Assembly (NCBI GenBank): GCA_000091205.1
Contig: AP006493.2
Direction: 5' to 3' (one strand)
DNA: 64,000 nt
Source: Cyanidioschyzon merolae
Lineage: Eukaryota
The first letter of the stretch is position 1. Each line of letters opens with the position of its first letter. A program made the position numbers and the translations under genes. The notes below the pieces were generated by a model that was not told the origin of the DNA, searched no databases, and saw only the letters and a program-made list of their open reading frames with translations. Shown piece by piece: positions 11,097 to 22,439 of this stretch.

Positions 11097-14000
11097 ATGA
11101 ATATTGCCGCAGTTTATGTTCAGCGAAAGCGAGATGGTTATACCGTAGCCCGCTGGGAGCAGACGTGGCTCGCTCCATCTGAAAGCAAGCACTTAGCCTG
11201 GCGCGTTGCAAACTACTTCGACCCGCGTAACGTACACGAGCCTGCAACGAGTAGGTTGGAAACACTCATGGCAGAACAAGGCTTTGCTGAGTACGGCCTG
11301 GAGCACTTGGGTGCCGTGGGAGCCAACATCAGCGCCTGGTCAAGTGGAGGCTACTACCAACTCTCCAACCGCCGACTCGCGGGGAGCTACCCAACTTACT
11401 GGCTTGACCCTTTCGAGCTTGCCGTGTCTGAAAACCTCGGTTTGACCGGTGTCGATGCGGAAACTGGCAAACCAGTGGTTTCAGCGCTTCGTGTCTGTGT
11501 GCTGTGGGAGCGAGCGGACGGCCTCTCGGACACGTTAGCCGCGTACGACCTGCTCCACCGGGTGTCAGCGCTCGTTCGTCGATACGATCGACTATTCCAG
11601 TCCGACGTTTTGACGGGAACAGACGCCTCTGATCTATCGGAGTCAGATGAGGAGCTGACGGCGAGCGAGCTCGGACAACGCTGTCGTTTGAACTTGCTCC
11701 TGCAGTACTGTATGCAGGGTGTAGATATGGCGGACGTCGAAAAATGGGTCCAAAACGCTCCGCTTTGTCGAGAATACGATGGAAAAGCCATGAATGCGTG
11801 GCGAAGTCTCTGGGAACGAAAGGAACAGTTACGAGAGCGAGCATTGGCAACCGGCATCCTAAGTGCGGCGGAACTGATAGCTATAGAAAGCGCGAAGGCC
11901 ACCGAGGCACTAAACTCTTCCCAGACACCGGCAGTGGCATCAAAACCTTCGGAGGCAACACAGAAGAAGAAGCATTCCCGAGGGAAAAGGCACAAACGAG
12001 ACAAAGGAAGCAAGCATGCCAAGGAAGCCTCACCAGCAGCAACATCGTCACCCAAGGAGCAAACGGATCCGTTGCAGACCATTATCTTCACACGCACTGC
12101 TTATACGGATGCAACGTTCATGCAAAAAACGCGACAAGCAATCGCTGAAACCCTCTTCGGTACATCCCATGTCCCGGAGAACGAGTGGATGGAGGACTTC
12201 GCATACGCAAAAGCGCTCGATGTACCACCGGTGGAGGCTACCATTGATGATTGGCTCGCCATGCTGGATGCCAAAGCCGCAGAGGAACGAGCAACAGCAG
12301 AAGCAGCAGCCGCAATCAAACGAGTGAACTTGTGGCTTGTAGATGATGAATTCCTCGATCAGAATCCCGGGTTAGCAGCGGAATTGTTCGAGCGAGCACC
12401 CTATTTCGATGGTGAGCGCCTCCTGCAACGCGCATACGATGAATCGTTCTCTGAGCGTGCTTACGCCTATTTCCAGAACGTCTTTTACCTGTTGGAACGT
12501 GGTCATTTTAAGGACGCTCTGGCGATTCTCCAGGATAACATCATGGCTGGTATGGTGCGGCAACGCGTGCTTCGAACAAACCGCGTTCCGAGAGCGCCAG
12601 CGCCCGATTCAGCGAAGACCGAAACCGAAGCAGCCAACACCTCTGCGCAGCAACGTTCTCAGTTTGAGACGGCAGCGGGGCATTCGGCACCGCGGGAAGA
12701 CGTCCTCACCAGCGCTGCAGGTGCCTCCACAGCTGAACGCATGGACGCGCCACGGCAGGACGCTGAGCAGGCCATTCACTTTGCCACGATACCCCGAGGG
12801 GGCCAAACGCAGCCTCTCATCGAGGAAGTCGACGATGCGCCGGAAAGCGCTCCAAAGAGGGAAGCTCTGACGGCATCGGAATCGATGCAACTTACCTCTA
12901 CGGCGATTATCGAAGTGCTGCCCGATGAACAGACCGACGCAGGGTCAGCGCCGGAGCGCCAGACAACAGCACAAGCATTACCGGATGTCGCGGGTGCGGC
13001 TTCAAGCGAATCCCACGCACGAACGACCGGTACTGCAACGGAGAAACCGCACTCGGAACCGGATTCAAACACCTGGGAGCAGAGTGGAACGGAAACTGGT
13101 GTGAAAGCAGGTTCGGCATCGGAGCAGGAATTTGGCAGCGACGACCAGAGCGGCAGGCAAGCTGAAGCCCCGAAACCACGGGCTCGTTTGGAAACCACGG
13201 AGGAGGCGGTGCACCCCCAGGTCTCCGGACTCGGAGAAGAGTCGCAGGATTCGCTGCTATCGGCTGGCGAACATCGGGTTGCACACGAGCTGGTCAAGAA
13301 TGTGATCGACGCGGCACTTGGAGACGCTGTCGACAACGTGTATTCGGAAAACGCCACATTGTCCGCAGTGCCGATGCGATCGGGTCTGAACGAGGCCCCG
13401 ACTGCTGCTTCAGCGACCGTGGACACAGCCTTGGGGTGTCGGCGTTCCCGTTCGACACCGGACGGCGTTCAGGCAGCGTCTGATGAGGGATCGATCACCG
13501 AAACGACTCCACGGGAAGGTGATACCGTAATCGTTCTTGCGCTTGAATCTCAAACAGAAAGGATTTCACTGACAAGAGACGAGAGCAGCGCTCTCGATAA
13601 TGCAGCCACAGCTGGGGCGGTGTCGATTCTTGGTGATCGCGAAAGTCTTCAAGAGCAGCAGCTGGAGCGGATGCCTCTACAAACAATGACAACTACTGCG
13701 TACCAAACAGGTGCAGTTGACGGGAACGCTGCCAACGGGGCACTCGCAATAGCGGACTCGAGTGCACAGCAGCGTACGGGTTCCGAGTCATCATTGCCGC
13801 CTGAGAGCGAAGGACCCGACCCTTCACCAGACCACAAACGTCTTTACCTTCTCGGTTGCTGGTACAAGCTCGCTCTCCACATCCTCGAGAGAATCACTTC
13901 ACTCGACCGAATAGCGACCGAGCAGCGTACGCGCTCCCGCCAGGGAGCCAACGTTCGCATGTCTCCCGAAGACGAGCGGGCTCAGGCGCATTTAAGCAAC

Positions 14001-14468
14001 CTTTTGGCGTACCTGCCGTTGCTACCCAGGCATCGTCAGGCTGCGGTCAATGTGAGTATTGAGAAAAACATGCAGCTGGGCAATTACGGCTACGCGAGAG
14101 GCTGGATCGACTGGGCCTACGACCGGTTCCCTTTTGCGAACAGTGAAGCGACGCGTGCTCGCTACGATCGTATCCTAGATGAATGTGAGGATGCAGCATG
14201 GCAGAACGAATACGTGGTCCCCGAACTTGATCGACTGATGGAGTACTACGGGCGTGGTGCTCTCAAACTACGCGAGTACCTCTTGCTTGCTCAAGAGGAG
14301 GTGAGCGGCCTCTGGAACCTGCCATCTGAGCAGCATTCAAGCGGATCTGAGTCGTCGTCATCGTCCTCGGGAACTGAAAGCGCAAACGAATCCTCTATTG
14401 AAGACGCATCTTCTGTAGAAGAAGATTTAGAAGGCATCGTGCTCAGCGACACCTCCAGTGATGCATAA
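11097..14468 (+). CDS. Hypothetical 1123-aa protein. It has a structured N-terminal ~480 aa and C-terminal ~170 aa, separated by ~450 aa of S/T/A/E/Q-rich low complexity.
   Basis: Longest ORF in the region. Codon usage resembles neighbouring genes. No recognisable domain. The C-terminal motif GNYGYARGWIDWAYDRF and the acidic tail are noted. Confidence 0.5.
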   Translation: MNIAAVYVQRKRDGYTVARWEQTWLAPSESKHLAWRVANYFDPRNVHEPATSRLETLMAEQGFAEYGLEHLGAVGANISAWSSGGYYQLSNRRLAGSYPTYWLDPFELAVSENLGLTGVDAETGKPVVSALRVCVLWERADGLSDTLAAYDLLHRVSALVRRYDRLFQSDVLTGTDASDLSESDEELTASELGQRCRLNLLLQYCMQGVDMADVEKWVQNAPLCREYDGKAMNAWRSLWERKEQLRERALATGILSAAELIAIESAKATEALNSSQTPAVASKPSEATQKKKHSRGKRHKRDKGSKHAKEASPAATSSPKEQTDPLQTIIFTRTAYTDATFMQKTRQAIAETLFGTSHVPENEWMEDFAYAKALDVPPVEATIDDWLAMLDAKAAEERATAEAAAAIKRVNLWLVDDEFLDQNPGLAAELFERAPYFDGERLLQRAYDESFSERAYAYFQNVFYLLERGHFKDALAILQDNIMAGMVRQRVLRTNRVPRAPAPDSAKTETEAANTSAQQRSQFETAAGHSAPREDVLTSAAGASTAERMDAPRQDAEQAIHFATIPRGGQTQPLIEEVDDAPESAPKREALTASESMQLTSTAIIEVLPDEQTDAGSAPERQTTAQALPDVAGAASSESHARTTGTATEKPHSEPDSNTWEQSGTETGVKAGSASEQEFGSDDQSGRQAEAPKPRARLETTEEAVHPQVSGLGEESQDSLLSAGEHRVAHELVKNVIDAALGDAVDNVYSENATLSAVPMRSGLNEAPTAASATVDTALGCRRSRSTPDGVQAASDEGSITETTPREGDTVIVLALESQTERISLTRDESSALDNAATAGAVSILGDRESLQEQQLERMPLQTMTTTAYQTGAVDGNAANGALAIADSSAQQRTGSESSLPPESEGPDPSPDHKRLYLLGCWYKLALHILERITSLDRIATEQRTRSRQGANVRMSPEDERAQAHLSNLLAYLPLLPRHRQAAVNVSIEKNMQLGNYGYARGWIDWAYDRFPFANSEATRARYDRILDECEDAAWQNEYVVPELDRLMEYYGRGALKLREYLLLAQEEVSGLWNLPSEQHSSGSESSSSSSGTESANESSIEDASSVEEDLEGIVLSDTSSDA

Positions 14469-14856
14469 CGCGCTCCACCAGCGCACAGCGTAAACATTGG
14501 CAGAAGCGGTATCACGAGAAGCAGGCACAACTGGGAGTATAAATCTGGCGTCTGGTGGGCGATCATCCCATGAGAGCATCCACGGGACCGGTCTCGCCCC
14601 GTTCGGAAGACATCCAAGACGAGACCTCTGCGACGACGACGAAGCTGCAAAGAGTCTCGGATCTGGCTTCGGCAGAATGCCGAGGTTCGGTACCCAACGA
14701 AACCGGTGCTTCCTCTGAAGCTTGCAGTACCAGATGACGGGTCTGGTACCAGGCGGATCGCGTTCCTTGATCCGGGATCGAATCAGGTGTTCCGCAGCGG
14801 AGAACTTGCTCTTTCACATACAAATCCATGCTCCTGATCAAGGGTGTGAGGTTGTT

Positions 14857-17130
14857 TTACGAGTCTCCGGCGCGAGACGATGCATGCGACGCTGGTAGAC
14901 TGCTCTGCAAATGCCGCTGGGTCAGTCGCAGAGCGTTACGCTCCTCCAGCATGGCCACATAGGGACTGGATAAGTAGGTGCCGGTGCGCAAACGCTGCAA
15001 CGTAGCCTCGTGGATATGTAGATGGACTCGAAGGAGCGCCAGATCTCGCTGAAGCTGTCGGAAGCGTGTTTCATAGACATTGCAGGTCGTACACATGGCA
15101 TCCGCATTCGCGGTGCAGCTCGGAACATCCAAGGCTTCTGTCGTTCCCGCGTTCTTGTCTACAGCATCGCAAAACGACTGCTGCCAGCCCAGGTAGACGC
15201 AACTCGAACGAAGCCAGTCGAGTTCATTCCATAGTCGAAACCGCCGATCACTCACATGTGCCCGTATTCGCATTCTCCATAGACGAATCTGCGTCTGGAG
15301 ATGTTCCAGCTCCTGTCGACCGTGCTGTTCCAGCTGTTCCAGGGCAGCAATCGCTCTCTCCCATCGAGTTGCGGCTGTACAGACGGTTGAAGCTCGCACA
15401 TGGCGAGACTCCGAGACGGCGAGCGCCGTGCTCGCGGTCAAAGCCGAAGCTCGCGCCTCTCCGTGATGAGCAGTGTTGCTCGTTGATTCGTCAAGAACCC
15501 TGTCCTGGTTCGCGGAAAGCGTGTCACTTTCGACTGATGGACGCTGCTGATGCCTGTTACGCTTCTCTGCGCTGTCCGTCGCTATGAATAGCGTCGCAAG
15601 CGTCTGCGGAGACGTTGTGGCGTTGAGCGCAACATGCTCATTCATAGAGCGTTGTCCATTCGTATTCTCGTCGAGACCTGAGCCTGCGCTTTCCAGCAGC
15701 GGGCCTGATACGGGTTCCGCATCCGCGATTCCGGTGGTTTCTAGGGCCATCCTCACTGCTTCCTCGTTTGCTAGTGCATGACCCAATGGTTCTGACATCG
15801 ACACCGTGGGCCTCTTCGCGACTTCACCTTGCGATGTTGCGATCCGACGCTCTGCTGCTGCATTCTCGTGCAGCGCTGCTGAGCTGTTCTGCCGTGATCC
15901 CACCAGGCTCGCCGGTGAAGGCCGCATGGGATCAGCATTTCCATAAGATTGCGTCTCCGTTGCTAGAGCTGGCGTCCTCAGGGTTTCAGGCACAGAAATC
16001 GTTGTTGCATTCGCTGAAAAATCCGTATCGGCTTGTGCTGCGGATGGCACAACGTCTTCGTCTGCGTGAAGCATCGCTAGCGATCCTGCAACGTTGCTCG
16101 CGTGCTCATATTCACATACGCGATGTTCAGCAGTCTTCGAGCGCTTTTTGAGCTCCGAAGCATCCATACATTGCTTCACAGGTTCTGTGTCAGACATATG
16201 GGCCAGCATTCCCGTACCCGTGAACGCATGCTCCTCCTCGTGAGACGTTGATGTACCGCCATCGCCGACGACATGCTCTGGAGCATCCCCGTGCAATGCA
16301 TGTTCGTCAAGGAAATCATCGTCTCCGCTGGTCTCATGTTCATATCGAGGACTTGTCATCGAAGCGTATTCAGAGAGTGTCGGACTCGCGACTGAGCGGC
16401 TCGCTTCTGCCGAATTCCACGATGCGCTCAGGCTGCCTGCTCGAGATGCGAAAGACTCAAAAGTTTCCCGCTCCGCCGATTCTCTGGATGCGTCTTCATC
16501 CGATGTCGTGACTTCGGGCGACCTCGCTGGCGTTGCCAGCACGGCATTTGCTGGAGCACACGTTCCCTGTGAACCGCACTGTTCCGAAGAGCCAACCTGG
16601 GGTTCCAGCTTCGACTCCAGGGCGCTTTCGAGACAACGACAATCATCACCTGCACAAGCCGGACTCTGATCAGCGGCTGTTCTTCGTGCGTGTGTTTCAA
16701 GCGATGAGTGTGAGCCATGGGTACCAGGTGCGCGCTCCTTCGGCAGCGTCTGCGAGGTTTCAGAGTCTAGTCTGGTCGATCGAACCCCGTCTTGGCCTTC
16801 TGACTGCTTTCGGACCAGCTCGCGTTGCCACTGGCGCCACGCAGTACGCTCAGAATCCAGTCGCAAACGTCGCTCATAGAAGGGCGATAGGAGCGGCTCT
16901 GCACCACACTCGGTACAACAGCCGCAGAAGCGCGACGCAGGGATGCCGTAGCTCCGAGCCATATTTTCCCGGTTCTTCGCCGCTTGCTCCTCGAAAAGCT
17001 TACGAATTGCATCCATGCTGGAGCGTCCGGTCAGCCTAACGACCGGTAGCGCGAGCTTCAGCTTTGCGCAGAACGAGGGCCGAATCCCTGCGGGTCCGTG
17101 AGGCACCGGGAAACCCCCGCGAGGCTGCAA
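14857..17130 (-). CDS. Hypothetical 757-aa protein, low-complexity and S/A/E-rich, with a Cys-containing C-terminal region. The start may be the Met at 17016.
   Basis: Long ORF convergent with 11097..14468. No recognisable domain. Confidence 0.45.
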   Translation of the reverse strand: MQPRGGFPVPHGPAGIRPSFCAKLKLALPVVRLTGRSSMDAIRKLFEEQAAKNRENMARSYGIPASRFCGCCTECGAEPLLSPFYERRLRLDSERTAWRQWQRELVRKQSEGQDGVRSTRLDSETSQTLPKERAPGTHGSHSSLETHARRTAADQSPACAGDDCRCLESALESKLEPQVGSSEQCGSQGTCAPANAVLATPARSPEVTTSDEDASRESAERETFESFASRAGSLSASWNSAEASRSVASPTLSEYASMTSPRYEHETSGDDDFLDEHALHGDAPEHVVGDGGTSTSHEEEHAFTGTGMLAHMSDTEPVKQCMDASELKKRSKTAEHRVCEYEHASNVAGSLAMLHADEDVVPSAAQADTDFSANATTISVPETLRTPALATETQSYGNADPMRPSPASLVGSRQNSSAALHENAAAERRIATSQGEVAKRPTVSMSEPLGHALANEEAVRMALETTGIADAEPVSGPLLESAGSGLDENTNGQRSMNEHVALNATTSPQTLATLFIATDSAEKRNRHQQRPSVESDTLSANQDRVLDESTSNTAHHGEARASALTASTALAVSESRHVRASTVCTAATRWERAIAALEQLEQHGRQELEHLQTQIRLWRMRIRAHVSDRRFRLWNELDWLRSSCVYLGWQQSFCDAVDKNAGTTEALDVPSCTANADAMCTTCNVYETRFRQLQRDLALLRVHLHIHEATLQRLRTGTYLSSPYVAMLEERNALRLTQRHLQSSLPASHASSRAGDS

Positions 17131-17651
17131 CGTCCCCAGAAGCGCCCTCAGCCCTGTAAAGACAGTAGCTTGAGCGTACCGAACAGCTCAAAGTATTTGA
17201 TGCTGCACACGAGGAGTCAAGTTGCCGGTTAAGGTTCCGAACGAGTCGAGGGCCAAGAACGCCAGTTACGAGTTGCGCATCTTCGCGGTCCCGTTTACGC
17301 CCTGGTGCGGTGGAACGTGGACGTTCGTTTGGAGAATCCGCAAAAGGCCGCGAGAGTATCTCAAAGCCTCAGGGACGCTTCGGACGCGACTCTGCCAGGG
17401 AATGGGTGCAAGTATTGAAGAAATTTGGGATAGGTCGATATGATGCAGCCGCTGGTAGGGACCCCTGGCGTCGCAGAGCATGCGGCACGTGTGGCCCACG
17501 CTACACGTTGCCAGGGCAGCGCTCCAAGGCACAGAGACGATATCGGTATCACGAGACCCCGGTAGTGACGTGTGACAATAGCAGAGCGGGGAACGTGTTT
17601 TATGGTGTTGATTCGCTGGCCTAAACTCATTCATATCGAATGATGGAACAT

Positions 17652-19702
17652 CATGATCGAGTACCAATGGCCTACGAGAATCGTTCTTGATGTTCATATG
17701 TAGAGCGCTCCAGTTGTGCTGGATTGCTCAATAGCTCCATCCCGGTGCCGTGCTTCGAATGAGAATCCAAAGCGCTGTCACTTCATGACGGATTCTATTC
17801 CATCGGAGCGTTTCGGCATTTCACCACATTGCCTAGACCGATTCCTCCACAGTTCAATCGAAAGATCGCTCGGCACCAAGGCGCTGGGCGCCCCGAAAGC
17901 ACGCGACATTCTCGGATATCCATCAGGGTGTTCAAGTCGAGATCCAGAGAGAGATAGAGAGAGACAGAGACAGAGAGAGCTCGCGTGCATGCTTGCCGGT
18001 GGAATCGTACCATAGCAGGCCGCTCATTTTCGATCGCCTCCCCTGATGACATTTGCTCAGCTTCGTGTTCGCCATCTCGTGCACCAGACTCGCTCTGCTT
18101 CACGCTCGTTTTCTCGGCAGGTTCCGGCTCGTACTCGCGCCCGTGATGCACCCTTTTGTGGTCTCGAATCCATCGATGGGAATCGTGCAGGAATCGATTC
18201 TGGAGTTGTTGAGTTGTTGCAAGCTTTCGTCGAAGGCACAGGGCGGTACCCGTCGCACGCTACAGCGTGTCCAGCGCCCTACGCTACCACCGAGCGACGC
18301 GACTTGTCAGGCCCAGCCTTTTCCATTTCATTCCGGAAGTTGGTGAATGCGCGATTCTTGCCTCTGCGCAACCGCATCGCGGTCTCTTGGACGCTTGCCG
18401 GAGACCTTTCGCATCAGCAGAGTGAACGCTCAAGAGCACACTGAATGAGGCACGGGAAGCGTCCGTCTCTCCCGGACGCGGTGCACGGGGTGTCGAGACG
18501 GCTCACGCTGCCGTCAGTCAGCTTGCTGGCGGTTTGTCTCTCGGCACCCATCGGATCTGAACCGCAATCACATAGAGTCCTGGGGAAGTTGCGCAGGTGT
18601 ATCCACTTTCAGTTCATATCTTCGGACAAGTCCTCTCGATTGAGCGGTATGGCGGCGGTCATGATATATTCTGCAAACCGGGAACAACGCTCACCACAGA
18701 GTCTGGCTCCTCACTTGCCATGAACAGATGAAAACGAGGGTCGCTGTGCGACTGAGGCATAGGTTTCACAAAGTGCACGCTCGCTGGTATTCCATCGGTC
18801 TCCATGGTCGCTGGAAACCGCTTCTCAAGTGCTGCTTGCAAAGGAGAAACCTGGAACGAGCTCCGCCGATGCCCTACGCGAAGCTGTTCGCAAGAAGCAC
18901 AGTTGCTCGCAGAGATCAGCTGCAGCTTACTCAGGAGGATATCAAGTAGGCGGCGCAAGGATCTATGCCGACATCATGGGTCTGTACCCGACGTACAGAG
19001 ATGACATGGAGTAGACGCTTCGGGAGACAAGGTCGCTCGGGTTCGGGGAGGGCGCCTCTACCGCGCTGCACCACTAGGCTCTGTGCTGCTCTGCAGCGCT
19101 CTGCTCTGGAATACGTCGCAGCGCAAGACGCTAGTAGGGCAGGCGTCACGTCTCAAGTATCCTTCGCGCACGACGGTTACCAGTCCGAGACCGAGAGCAA
19201 CACGATGCGCTTGGGTGGTATAAAACGTGTGTCGCTCTCGTTGCGACAGCTCTTCTGAACCCGCTCCATCTCGACCGCTGGTGGCTCCACCAGCTCGCCA
19301 TCTGTCTTCATGAACAGACCCAAGAAAACCTTTCACCAGCGCCCAGTTTCCTGGGCCAGTAAGCGAATGCACAAAGGTCACAGGGTGCGCTTCACCAGGC
19401 GCTCCAGACTGGCTTGCATACTGTTTTCGTGTTCGAACCTAGTTTCGTACGTTTTGGCACCGGTTTCATCGATGTTGTCATAGAGGACGCGGTGCGACGA
19501 AGCGTGACGTTAGTCTGGGAAGTGTTTGTGTGCTCATCCCGTATCCGATTTTCAGACCTTGAGCCGTCTTGAGTCGCGAGCGTCAGCTGTGCTGCATCAC
19601 GAGGGTTTCATCGAAACACTGCACAGAACTGAGGACCGCTCGCAACTCAGGTACCGTAACGCTTATGAGCAACTGCTAGGCAAGAAGTGTCAAGACTAAA
19701 GA
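17652..19702. repeat. 2.05-kb dispersed repeat, copy 2 (direct orientation relative to copy 1)
   Basis: See copy 1. The (GA)n-like tract lies at 17943-17979. Confidence 0.9.
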
Positions 19703-21018
19703 AGCTACGTAACCAATCATGGCATCCTGCATCTTTCGGTGCCAAGCTTGTGATCGACTTGTGCTCTGACCTCTGAACGTAAATGGTTTTTGATGACAGC
19801 GTACATGACATTGACCGGATTAAACTAGGGAGCGTAGACCGACACGAAGAGCCGCTCAACATCAATCTCCGCAGCGCACTCCTTGACAGCATTTTAAATA
19901 CAGAAGGCGACGTTGTCGCGGAGCAGAAGAGACGAATACGGGAAGTGAAAGCCACGACGTGCTTCTACGACGGATGAGATATTGAGCGTTCGTATTCTAC
20001 TTGGGATTTTTAGGCTACAACACGAGTTGTGTACATGCACAGGTCTCCCATACCAACCAAATGAACGCTGATAGAATCAGATGAAACCCGTCCCTTTTGC
20101 AATTCGCGGTCGCGTTCAAGTGTGAAATCGAGAGTGTGTTGAACAGCGAACAGACTTCTCGCACAGAAGCGTACATATTTCTTTTCCCGTCTGTGTCGCT
20201 TCATAATCGTTCATATCAATGGTATGGAATATCACGTCCTGTTGCTTGTATGATGGCATTTCTTTGCGCACGCACAGAGTGGAAGGGATTGACGAGGGTA
20301 CCATGGGTACATAGCGTTTGACCTTTTCTGGTTTGGGTGCTCGACGTTCACAACAGGAACAAGCGCACGGATTGCTCAACCACCCGCTGACTATAGAATG
20401 AATGACGCGACGAGTACTGTCGTTTCTCGACAAGCTAGCATTGGCGTCACAGACAGCTCTACGCGACCATTTTCCAATCTAGAGGATATACTCCTTTTGT
20501 TGGATACTTGCCGAAAAACAGACAACGACAAAGAGAGCGTTGCTGTAATGATGTACGAGATTTCACTGCTCTGAGTATAACTGCATTTGAGTAGCATTCT
20601 GTAGGAAAAAGCGTTCAATAGTGCTCACCTACCAGCTTCAAACGGTGTGCGATGAGCGCCTAAATGCGCTCTCCCTCTTGAGCCTTCCTGGAGCAAAGGA
20701 CTCTCCACAGGACTGGAAATATACGCATGTACACGTCCAATAGAGATATTGAAATGCTTCCGAGCTATGAGCAGCCAGCATCTCTGAAGAACACAGGAAA
20801 AGTGCGCATACGTACGACCAAGATCGACGTGTCACTGTATTCGCGCAGTTGAGCTGCGACGTTCTCTCTAAATGGACAACAACGACGCGCATTTCGTTGT
20901 CCAAATATAAAGCGTTGACATTTTTGAACGTTTGCATTCCTTGAAGACTCACGAATTTGGTCCAGTCTTCCGCTGCACATGATGCGGCCCGAGTCGCCAT
21001 CCAGGGCGCTCTTGTCCC

Positions 21019-22425
21019 ATGAAATCAGGCAGCGACAGCCAAAGCCGTCATTCTGAGAACCCAGAGCGACCCAACCCCTGCCCAAGTCTGGAATACATGA
21101 TCTTTTATCGATTTCGTCAAAAGAAAACCCCAGCTCTGTATGAATTGCGCGAACAGGTCCCCCTCGGGTCAAGCATGAACCCGGCCTTTGCGCTCTGGCA
21201 ACGCGTGCGGAAAACCATCACAATAGCGATATTGCAGTATCCAACTGTTTGCTTCTTCAACAGCTCCGGTTCACATGGCCGTGACTTTTTATATACTGCA
21301 CTGCTTGTAGAGCGGGTTTTGTCTGCCATTGCATACCCGTCTCCATACTCACCGAGAGCGAAGAAATTGTCAAGGTTGACGGAGCACTGCCTCATGCAGG
21401 GTCTGCGGCGAACGCTGCTCCACCTACGAGGCGCACTCCAGCGGTCGAGACGCTTGCCCTGCTCTTGCTATCCTGCTGGAGCGGTCTCGCTCTTTGCTCT
21501 GCCTGAGCGAGAGACGGTCACGGGTGCTCACAGAGGGAACACTTCAGGACGACAGGCCCTAGCGAGTTGTACGTCACGCTTGATGACGAGCTTGCGTGCT
21601 CGTCTGCGGGAGCGGATCGACTGGCAGTCGAGCCTGCCACTTCTGGACGCGTTGGTGGACGCTCGCCGGACAATGTTGTCCCCGGCTTACTTAGCTCAAT
21701 ATGCTGCTGCATCAGCAGCAGCTGCCGGGCTCTATGGAGCAACTGCTTGGACTGGCGATGCAACGGATGATTCCAGAACCGGTGCTAGAAACGACACATC
21801 AACTAACGGTGAACGCAAGTTGGCTACTTCGTCACTCCCGACTATTACAGAAGCGAGCACCGCTAACGGAACCCGATCCGACGGGCCGTACCGAGCACCA
21901 CCTATCACCGCTCGAGTGGTGGAACGAGCCGGACGTCGGGTTGCGTCTCGGGAGGGACCTCATCACATAGGACTCGGCTGGTTAACGACTGTCGCTTCAG
22001 CTGGTGCGAAGGCACTAGCTCTGATTCTAGTGCAGACGCTTATTGCCGGTGCAGTGATGTATGTTTGGACGCATCCACAGGCACTGTTGACCGCCTCGCT
22101 GATCGCCATGATTGCGTACGCTTCGAATCCGACAGAAACGAGCTTCCTCGAATGGAGTCGTCGGAAGGCACCGGTTATTGCTGCTCAGAAACAGGGATTT
22201 GACGCCTTTCGAACTCGTCTGGCGCCCTACCTCCTTCGCTTTCAGGACTGGGAGTACTTTGATTTTGGTTTGTTCAGTGTTGTTCGAGTCCGTGATTTTG
22301 CCGACTACGTCTACCTTTACATCGGTGTGCTGAATCGATGGTATTTGACGGGTTGGTACCTGGATGCCCCCGAAACAGATATCCGATGGGAGGAAGTGCG
22401 ACAAGCCAATGGTAGCCGCTCATAG
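21019..22425 (+). CDS. Hypothetical 468-aa protein with a predicted membrane segment and C-terminal motif WEYFDFGLFSVVRVRDFADYVYLYIGVLNRWY
   Basis: Long ORF with hydrophobic helices in the C-terminal third. No confident family assignment. Confidence 0.45.
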   Translation: MKSGSDSQSRHSENPERPNPCPSLEYMIFYRFRQKKTPALYELREQVPLGSSMNPAFALWQRVRKTITIAILQYPTVCFFNSSGSHGRDFLYTALLVERVLSAIAYPSPYSPRAKKLSRLTEHCLMQGLRRTLLHLRGALQRSRRLPCSCYPAGAVSLFALPERETVTGAHRGNTSGRQALASCTSRLMTSLRARLRERIDWQSSLPLLDALVDARRTMLSPAYLAQYAAASAAAAGLYGATAWTGDATDDSRTGARNDTSTNGERKLATSSLPTITEASTANGTRSDGPYRAPPITARVVERAGRRVASREGPHHIGLGWLTTVASAGAKALALILVQTLIAGAVMYVWTHPQALLTASLIAMIAYASNPTETSFLEWSRRKAPVIAAQKQGFDAFRTRLAPYLLRFQDWEYFDFGLFSVVRVRDFADYVYLYIGVLNRWYLTGWYLDAPETDIRWEEVRQANGSRS

Positions 22426-22439
22426 GTCACCCCTGATCA

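Noticed and set aside
11329-12097. Numerous 60-230-aa ORFs antisense to or overlapping the long genes (e.g. 11329..11850, 11396..12097, 24126..24408, 33893..34459, 55408..55989)
   Set aside because: These are typical spurious open frames in GC-rich coding DNA. They are nested within genes that have strong homology or are much longer. They are Arg/Ser/Ala-rich with no motifs.
7350-19702. LTR-retrotransposon interpretation of the two 2-kb direct repeats and the 8-kb interior
   Set aside because: The interior ORFs show no gag, protease, RT (YxDD), RNase H or integrase motifs. The repeat termini do not show TG...CA, and no obvious target-site duplication is visible. 2 kb would be unusually long for LTRs.
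20638-21172. Two overlapping minus-strand ORFs (120 and 135 aa) that could be one frameshifted gene
   Set aside because: No recognisable homology in either frame. The second ORF would overlap the start of gene 21019..22425 on the other strand. Evidence is insufficient to call a gene.
22100-22145. T-loop-like motifs (GCTTCGAATCC at ~22128; GGTTCGATCC at ~63028) screened as possible tRNA genes
   Set aside because: Both lie inside protein-coding ORFs. The flanking sequence does not fold into a cloverleaf with acceptor and anticodon stems. No tRNA, rRNA or other structured ncRNA could be supported.
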